Shown here: positions 7,403 to 11,810 of the stretch, in pieces
How positions within the stretch are numbered: position 1 is the stretch's first letter
Layout: each line of letters opens with the position of its first letter
Assembly (NCBI GenBank): GCA_044869275.1
Contig: JBIOXB010000072.1
Location: 1 to 11,810, forward strand
DNA length: 11,810 bases
Direction of reading: 5' to 3'
Source of the DNA: a bacterium
GTDB taxonomy: Bacteria; Zhuqueibacterota; Zhuqueibacteria; Zhuqueibacterales; Zhuqueibacteraceae
Notes under the pieces: generated by a model
Databases searched by the model: none
Told to the model about the DNA's origin: nothing
Seen by the model: the letters and a program-made list of their open reading frames with translations, nothing else
Made by a program: the position numbers and the translations under genes

Positions 7403-8542
7403 TTAAACATCACGAGAAACAGAGCCCACTCTGTGGCTCTCGGTGTTGTTCTTTACAGAATAGTAAAACCCCAAATTTCTCTTGATCTCCCCCGGCAATT
7501 CCGGCAATTCCGAGCGTGGGATCAAGAAAGTCGAGAGATCGAATAAATCGGCGAACACTTTGTATTTTTCCACGGTCGCGCGCAGGTAATGATAGCCGGT
7601 CGAGCCGCCGGTGCCGATCTTGTTGCCGATCATGCGATGCACCATCAGCGCATGGCGATAACGCCAAGTCGTGAACAGCTCGTCAATATCGGCCAGAACG
7701 GTCAACAAGCGAAAAGGCTGGTGGAGAATCGGCTCGTCGCGATAGAGCTGGATCAGCAGTGCGGCCTGGGTTGCTTTATAAGATAAGCGCCGGCGGCCTT
7801 TTTCAATCAATTCGCGGTGTTTGGCTTCCTCGAACAGGGCTGAAAAGCTTTCTTCATTGGATGCGAGCTCCTGCAATTGCTTCTGCTTTTCTTCCGGCGT
7901 CGAAAGCGCATGCTTCAAAATGGTTTCCCGGTCGCGTTGCAACAGTTTCTCGACCGCAGCGTGATACTCCCTCCAGAAATGAAAGCCTTCAAAGTCCAAA
8001 AACGGCGTGCGTTCAAGCCAGCGCTCCACGAGCTGAAACAGGGGCGTGCGCTCTTCGGATTGCTGCAAAAGAGCGCGATGCTCCGCGCTGACGTGCGCAT
8101 AGTAAGCTTCCTTGTTGAACAGCAGGCGTTGCTCGGGCTTAATCCCGAGCATGTTTTCGATCAGGCGAAACTGCACGCTTTGAAAGCCCGAGGCGGGCAG
8201 CAGGTATTCGCGGAATTCCAGGAAGTCGAGCGGCGTCATGGTTTCCAGCACGCGCAATTGGTCGATCAACAGCTTTTGGATTTCGGTGACCCGGCTGAGG
8301 CGGGCGGTGGCAATGCCGATGTTCTTTTCGTCCACGTAGTCCTTTTCAAACAAATCTATAATCGCACCGAGCTCATGAATGATTTGTTTGAACCATAGCT
8401 CGTAGACCTGATGCACGATGATGAACAGAGTCTCATCGTGCGCGGGCTGGCCATGTTTCGCGCTTTCGGGAAACTGGCTGCCGAGCAGGCGGTCGAGCTG
8501 CAGATAATCGGCGTAATAAACGGGGGGATGGGGCTTGTTCAT
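7403..8542 (-). CDS. kynA: Tryptophan 2,3-dioxygenase, long form (379 aa)
   Basis: TDO motifs YADYLQLDRLL, HDETLFIIVHQVYELWFKQ, FLEFREYLLPASGFQSVQFR, WRYRHALMVHRMIG, GTGGSTGYHYL. ATG 8542 preferred over the track start 8611, which lies in a repeat. Confidence 0.95.
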   Translation of the reverse strand: MNKPHPPVYYADYLQLDRLLGSQFPESAKHGQPAHDETLFIIVHQVYELWFKQIIHELGAIIDLFEKDYVDEKNIGIATARLSRVTEIQKLLIDQLRVLETMTPLDFLEFREYLLPASGFQSVQFRLIENMLGIKPEQRLLFNKEAYYAHVSAEHRALLQQSEERTPLFQLVERWLERTPFLDFEGFHFWREYHAAVEKLLQRDRETILKHALSTPEEKQKQLQELASNEESFSALFEEAKHRELIEKGRRRLSYKATQAALLIQLYRDEPILHQPFRLLTVLADIDELFTTWRYRHALMVHRMIGNKIGTGGSTGYHYLRATVEKYKVFADLFDLSTFLIPRSELPELPGEIKRNLGFYYSVKNNTESHRVGSVSRDV

Positions 8543-8605
8543 GGCAGTGCTGGAAGTTTTGTCGTGAGAAGATTTGCGCAAGCAAACTTGGCGCGGCAAG
8601 AAGCA

Positions 8606-8670
8606 AAGCAATCTCGCCCGTGAAGTTTCAGCATGAGAGATGGCTTCGTCGCTTCACGCCTCACCATGAC
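8606..8670. repeat. Degenerate REP-like palindrome remnant
   Basis: AAGCAATCTC (8606-8615) pairs with GAGATGGCTT (8637-8646), 9/10. Right arm ends CTCACCATGAC (8660-8670), identical to 3830-3840. Confidence 0.55.
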
Positions 8671-8706
8671 GGCTCCGTTGCTTTTGCAGAGTTCAACAAA
8701 GGCCTT

Positions 8707-9232
8707 TTATGACCGCACGCGCAGCGCTTCCTGCGCCAGTTTAACCAATTCCCAATACGGCGGACGATAGCCGTTCTCCCGTTAAACATTCAAAACGGCG
8801 CTGTAAGCTTTGGCGATTCTCGCGGGAGGCAGCTTATACCAGGCGTAGGGCAGGTGCTCGCCCTGTTCTGCGTTTTCGAGCATGGCGTCGATGCTGGCGT
8901 TATCGACATGATCCTGCCATAGTGTTTCGGGGTCGCGCCATTCCGCGACCACGCGCAGTTTCTTCTCTTTGAGGTATTCCTCCAAAGTTGAAATCGCCAC
9001 GCCGCGCTCGATATGTGCTTCGATGATGGAGGCCATGCGGGTTTTCTCATCGACATGCGCGAGCGCGAGTGGCGCGAATACGCGCCTCGAGGCCGGACCA
9101 ATATTCATTCTGCCGCCAGGCAAAGACCTTGCTCTCGCTGGCGCGCGGCGGTACGGTCGCCGGCGAGGGAATCAAAAGCAGGACAAAGATCGTGACAGCG
9201 GCAAGGACGAGATAATTAGGGCACGAGCGCAT
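8707..9232 (-). pseudogene. Internally deleted pseudogene, probably a YiiX/YebB-like permuted NlpC/P60 hydrolase
   Basis: Membrane-anchored N-terminus (9232, LVLAAVTIFVLLLIP...WRQNEYWSGLEAR), frameshift into ALAHVDEKT...IIEAHIERGVAI...KKLRVVAEWRDPETL...YSAVLNV, in-frame TAA (8782-8784), then RENGYRPPYWELVKLAQEALRVRS* ending 8707. Family assignment is from recall. Confidence 0.65.
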
Positions 9233-9269
9233 ATGATGACCAACTGTATTTTTGCCATTTTGATGGCAG

Positions 9270-9386
9270 CAGACTCTGTGAAAACTTGGGGTGGCCGCAC
9301 CCTGAGCTTGTCGAAGGGTGCTAATTCAAAAATCAGGCTTCGACAAGCTCAGCCTGCGTTGAAACCAAGTGTTTTCATGCAGCCAG
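9270..9386 (+). mobile_element. 117-bp MITE with IS1182-like TIRs and REP-like core, copy 1
   Basis: Ends CAGACTCTGTGAAAAC / GTTTTCATGCAGCCAG; internal perfect 15-bp IR CTGAGCTTGTCGAAG (9302-9316) / CTTCGACAAGCTCAG (9338-9352). About 86% identical (16 differences in 118, hand alignment) to the reverse complement of 11693-11810. Confidence 0.8.
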
Positions 9387-9463
9387 AATCCTCCCACGCA
9401 GCAACACCATTTCCAATCAAAGCATGTTTCGAGCACGTGGGAAGTTTCTTGCAGAATGACAAA
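9386..9463. repeat. REPIN-like element whose left arm is interrupted by MITE copy 1
   Basis: GAATCCTCCCACG pairs with CGTGGGAAGTTTC; right arm continues TTGCAGAATGACAAA. A probable left-arm start TTTGCCATTTTG (9251-9262; 10/12 to the right-arm complement) lies on the far side of the MITE. Confidence 0.55.
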
Positions 9464-9504
9464 CTCTGAGGACGCATACCAGACGCAAGTCCAATGTGTT
9501 GTGT

Positions 9505-10083
9505 TCAAAACAGTTTTACCGCGGTGAAAATCTCAATCAATTTCACTTCGAAAATGATGCCACCGGCGATCAGCAACACCAAGTAAATGCCGATAAAAAT
9601 TGCAAAGCTCGTGATCAAGAAAGGCACAAGTTTGTAGAGCGGCGTGGCCAGCAGCAAGGGCAGGGCCATATAAAAATGAAAGGCACAGTAAGCCGCGCCG
9701 ATCAGCCACAGGATGCCGCCGGCAATGGGAATGAAATTGAGCGCGCCGGCGACAAACACCGGCGTCGCGCCGAACGCGACGACTTTAAGCGCGCGATTTA
9801 CGTCTTTTTGCGCCTCGAATTTCGGGGCGAGCAGATGGATCAAATAAGCGCTGAGATCGACGCTCATCAGCGCAATCACATAACTCACGATCGCCGCGCG
9901 CACATTGAGGAGAAAATTTTCATATTTCGCCACGCTGATCAAGAAGCCAATCGCAGGCAAGGCCGCCACCCAGATAACATACTTCAGAAAAATTAGCAAA
10001 TTGGTGATTTTCTCGTCGCGAATACTTTCCCATTCTTGGGCAGGATTGAACAAAATGCCTTGCAAGCGGATAAGCGGGTACAT
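9505..10083 (-). CDS. Yip1-domain membrane protein (192 aa)
   Basis: GGAGGAAGG RBS before ATG 10083; 'R..GIL..P..EW..I', 'LAPKF....D..RALKVVAFGATP.FVAG', about 5 TM helices, as in bacterial Yip1 proteins. Confidence 0.85.
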   Translation of the reverse strand: MYPLIRLQGILFNPAQEWESIRDEKITNLLIFLKYVIWVAALPAIGFLISVAKYENFLLNVRAAIVSYVIALMSVDLSAYLIHLLAPKFEAQKDVNRALKVVAFGATPVFVAGALNFIPIAGGILWLIGAAYCAFHFYMALPLLLATPLYKLVPFLITSFAIFIGIYLVLLIAGGIIFEVKLIEIFTAVKLF

Positions 10084-10147
10084 CCTTCCTCCTTCGCGCG
10101 GAATCGCGGAATGATCAAGGAATGGGTTTTTCACTTGAATTGCGCAG

Positions 10148-10176
10148 AAGGTAGCATGAGGAGGGAGGAATGTCAA
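10148..10176 (-). promoter_or_regulatory. Sigma70-type promoter for the Yip1 gene
   Basis: Minus strand TTGACA-N17-TACCTT with extended TGn before the -10, about 65 nt upstream of ATG 10083. Confidence 0.7.
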
Positions 10177-10204
10177 GGTGGAAGTTGTGGAAAAACGCTC
10201 ACGT

Positions 10205-10525
10205 TCAAGGATGAGGCACAACTGTGGCGTGAGAGGGCGCTATCCGTTCAAGCACCCATTGCGCAAGCAAGCGTGGCACTGCAGTCTGCTCTTTTGCCGC
10301 GCGCTGCTCGACAGAAGCGATTTGCTCACGGTTCAAACCAAGCAGCCGGTAGAGCTTTTTCAACTCCAACTTCTGCCGAAGTTCCGGCGCAATTTCAAAG
10401 TTGCCTTCTTCGGTTTCATCCCAATAATCGGCCAGAGAATGTGTATCCCAGAAATTCTGGAGTTCTTCCAAAGAAGAAAATCTGGCAGGCAGCTTGTCTT
10501 TACTCTTTTGTTTACTTTTTCGCAT
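10205..10525 (-). CDS. Putative antitoxin, CopG-antitoxin/BrnA-like (106 aa)
   Basis: Motif LP..F.SLEE...FWDTHSLADYWDE typical of BrnT partners; C-terminal RHH-like 'AAKEQ....LLAQWVLERI'. Overlaps the toxin gene by 14 nt. Confidence 0.8.
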   Translation of the reverse strand: MRKSKQKSKDKLPARFSSLEELQNFWDTHSLADYWDETEEGNFEIAPELRQKLELKKLYRLLGLNREQIASVEQRAAKEQTAVPRLLAQWVLERIAPSHATVVPHP

Positions 10526-10796
10526 AGTACATTTTGTCTTTTGTATTCATGTCACGCGCGCTTAGAATCAACGCATCTTTGTTCGCCATATAAATAAAAA
10601 CCACGAACAGATAGCGCCCACTTTCAGCCTGCCCGTAAGCATAATAGACGTCTTCGCCTTTGAATTTTCCTCTCCGCGCCCAGCGATAACGCGGCTTACC
10701 ACAGAAAACTTCCTCGACTTCCTCCTCCCAGACACGATGCTTGCTCGTAATCTTCGCGGAGACATCTTCAAGCCAGATGAAATCGCGGATTTGCAG
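10512..10796 (-). CDS. BrnT-family type II toxin (ribonuclease), about 94 aa
   Basis: FIW...AKI..KH.V..EEVEEVF, YGQ.ESGRYLFVVFI and ILSARDM are BrnT hallmarks. Start uncertain: CTG at 10796 after GGGGA, or 10823 from the track. Confidence 0.85.
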   Translation of the reverse strand: MQIRDFIWLEDVSAKITSKHRVWEEEVEEVFCGKPRYRWARRGKFKGEDVYYAYGQAESGRYLFVVFIYMANKDALILSARDMNTKDKMYYAKK

Positions 10797-10849
10797 GATT
10801 CGTTTTCCCCGGCAACGACACAACCAATATTCGATTCGGAAGCAATGGA

Positions 10850-10878
10850 AGAGTACAAAAAAAACCGTAAGAACTCAA
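10850..10878 (-). promoter_or_regulatory. Candidate sigma70 promoter of the TA operon
   Basis: Minus strand TTGAGT-N17-TACTCT, spacer contains a T8 run; about 55 nt upstream of the toxin start. Confidence 0.45.
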
Positions 10879-10904
10879 GAAAAATTTGCGCCAACCTGTG
10901 GCAA

Positions 10905-11255
10905 TCATGCGGCTCTCGCGCGCTTGAGGCGACCGGCTTTGTGCATGGGCTGCCGTTGAGACAGTGACGGTGCCGGAGCCGTTTCCCTAAAGTCGTTTTC
11001 AATAACCCAAATTTCTTTTTCGGTCAACCCGTAGAGTTTATATACCAGGCTGTCAATTTCTGCTTCCCATGTGCTTGTATCTATTGCACGATTGGTTCGT
11101 TTTTTGGTGAGAATTTTCTCCACAAGCGCAACTATGACGTTCTGTTGATGCTCGTCAGCTTTAGCGATTGGTAAAGCTTCGATCTCATAGTTATTCACAT
11201 TGCTATTTGTGCTTGTTTTTTTAAATCGCCAGTTCAATAATTTCGAATTCAAAAT
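10905..11255 (-). pseudogene. C-terminal remnant of a type IIG (Eco57I/TaqI-like) restriction-modification methyltransferase
   Basis: ILNSKLLNWRF...EIEALPI....IVALVEKIL...EAEIDSLVYKLYGLTEKEI is the characteristic C-terminus of these enzymes. No SAM-binding or NPPY motif upstream; visibly AT-richer than neighbours. Confidence 0.85.
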
Positions 11256-11382
11256 ATCCCGTTGCCACATTGAGTGCTTGCGCTTCCGGCAGAAGTCGCT
11301 GCAGAGCAGCAAGCAGGGTGTTGGGAGATTGGTTGTCGATAATGGTGGGAAGCTTGGTCGGGGGTGATGGTTGAGAGCTCAT
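11221..11382 (-). pseudogene. N-terminal remnant of a probable PLD-domain helicase gene (53-aa ORF, absent from the track)
   Basis: ATG 11382: MSSQPSPPTKLPTIIDNQSPNTLLAALQRLLPEAQALNVATGYFE, then out-of-frame R-M sequence to TAA 11221. 'IIDN...ATGYFE' resembles the start of PLD-like domains of DEXD/SNF2 helicases. Confidence 0.6.
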
Positions 11383-11427
11383 GGCCGTAATATTCCCGGG
11401 AAGTTTTTTCTGAAATGGCGATCAAAT

Positions 11428-11458
11428 AAAAAAGGCTGCTGATGAACAGCAGCCTTTT
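11428..11458. terminator. Intrinsic terminator, probably bidirectional
   Basis: AAAAGGCTGCTG-atgaa-CAGCAGCCTTTT perfect 12-bp stem; U-tract on both strands, longer on minus. Confidence 0.75.
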
Positions 11459-11692
11459 AAGATTTATTCAGAAGAAACTTACCGGCAATCACTCAAATTG
11501 CAGAGAAAACATTTGAAAATGCCGCGCTTGCCGCAAGACGCGGCCCGGCAGCGACAAGCTTTTTACTTTTGAGATCGACGATGTTTTTGATCGTGCATTT
11601 TGTGTAAAAAAGTACCCATGTCACATTCCTGCAAAGCGGTGTTGATTGAACGACTTGATCGTTTCATTTCGTGGATGTCATTCCGCAGGAAC

Positions 11693-11810
11693 CAGACGGT
11701 GTGAAAACGCTTGGTTTCCACGCTGGCTGAGCTTGTCGAAGCTGGATTTTTGAACTTAGCACCCTTCGACAAGCTCAGGGTGCGGCATTCGCAAGTTTTC
11801 ACACAGTCTG
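11693..11810 (-). mobile_element. 118-bp MITE with IS1182-like TIRs and REP-like core, copy 2 (inverted relative to copy 1)
   Basis: TIRs CAGACGGTGTGAAAAC (11693-11708) / GTTTTCACACAGTCTG (11795-11810), 15/16 match; internal CTGAGCTTGTCGAAG / CTTCGACAAGCTCAG. Window ends on the last TIR base. Confidence 0.85.

Noticed and set aside
1340..8398. Many 60-230 aa ORFs overlapping the ABC permease, ALDH, APC and TDO genes
   Set aside because: Off-frame or antisense shadows in GC-rich coding DNA with no recognisable motifs.
3886..8542. TDO + permease + ALDH as one kynurenine operon, with ALDH as 2-aminomuconate semialdehyde dehydrogenase
   Set aside because: The ALDH looks GbsA-like, intermediate pathway genes are absent and a 318-bp repeat-filled gap separates kynA from the permease. 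Not excluded, but unsupported.
8782..8784. Programmed readthrough of the in-frame TAA
   Set aside because: TAA is not a Sec or Pyl codon and the gene has other lesions; a deletion junction is simpler.
11563..11802. ORFs 11563..11802 and 8969..9469 sharing the peptide RTLSLSKGA
   Set aside because: The similarity comes from translating the MITE repeat, not from a protein family.
3759..11810. Palindromic repeats as a CRISPR array or integron attC sites
   Set aside because: Dispersed, with no regular repeat-spacer period, no cas or integrase gene and no convincing RYYYAAC/GTTRRRY boundaries.

Overview
Bacterial window, probably a whole contig broken at repeats: it starts inside an IS3-family left end and stops exactly on a MITE terminal inverted repeat (TIR). 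Intact genes: a secreted lipoprotein-like hypothetical (+), an orphan MacB/FtsX-type ABC permease, a GbsA/betaine-aldehyde-type aldehyde dehydrogenase, an 80-aa basic hypothetical (+), a polyamine-transporter-like APC permease, a long-form tryptophan 2,3-dioxygenase, a Yip1-domain membrane protein and a BrnT/CopG-like toxin-antitoxin pair. Two features stand out. (1) Small non-autonomous elements in which one REP-like palindrome family sits inside two different IS-like TIR envelopes (IS630-like at 3759-3867; IS1182-like at 9270-9386 and 11693-11810), the latter apparently inserted into another REP family. (2) Genes apparently collapsed by microhomology-joined deletions: a YiiX/YebB-like gene with three junctions, and a PLD-helicase N-terminus fused to a restriction-modification C-terminus. 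Family assignments come from motif recognition and recall, not database searches.
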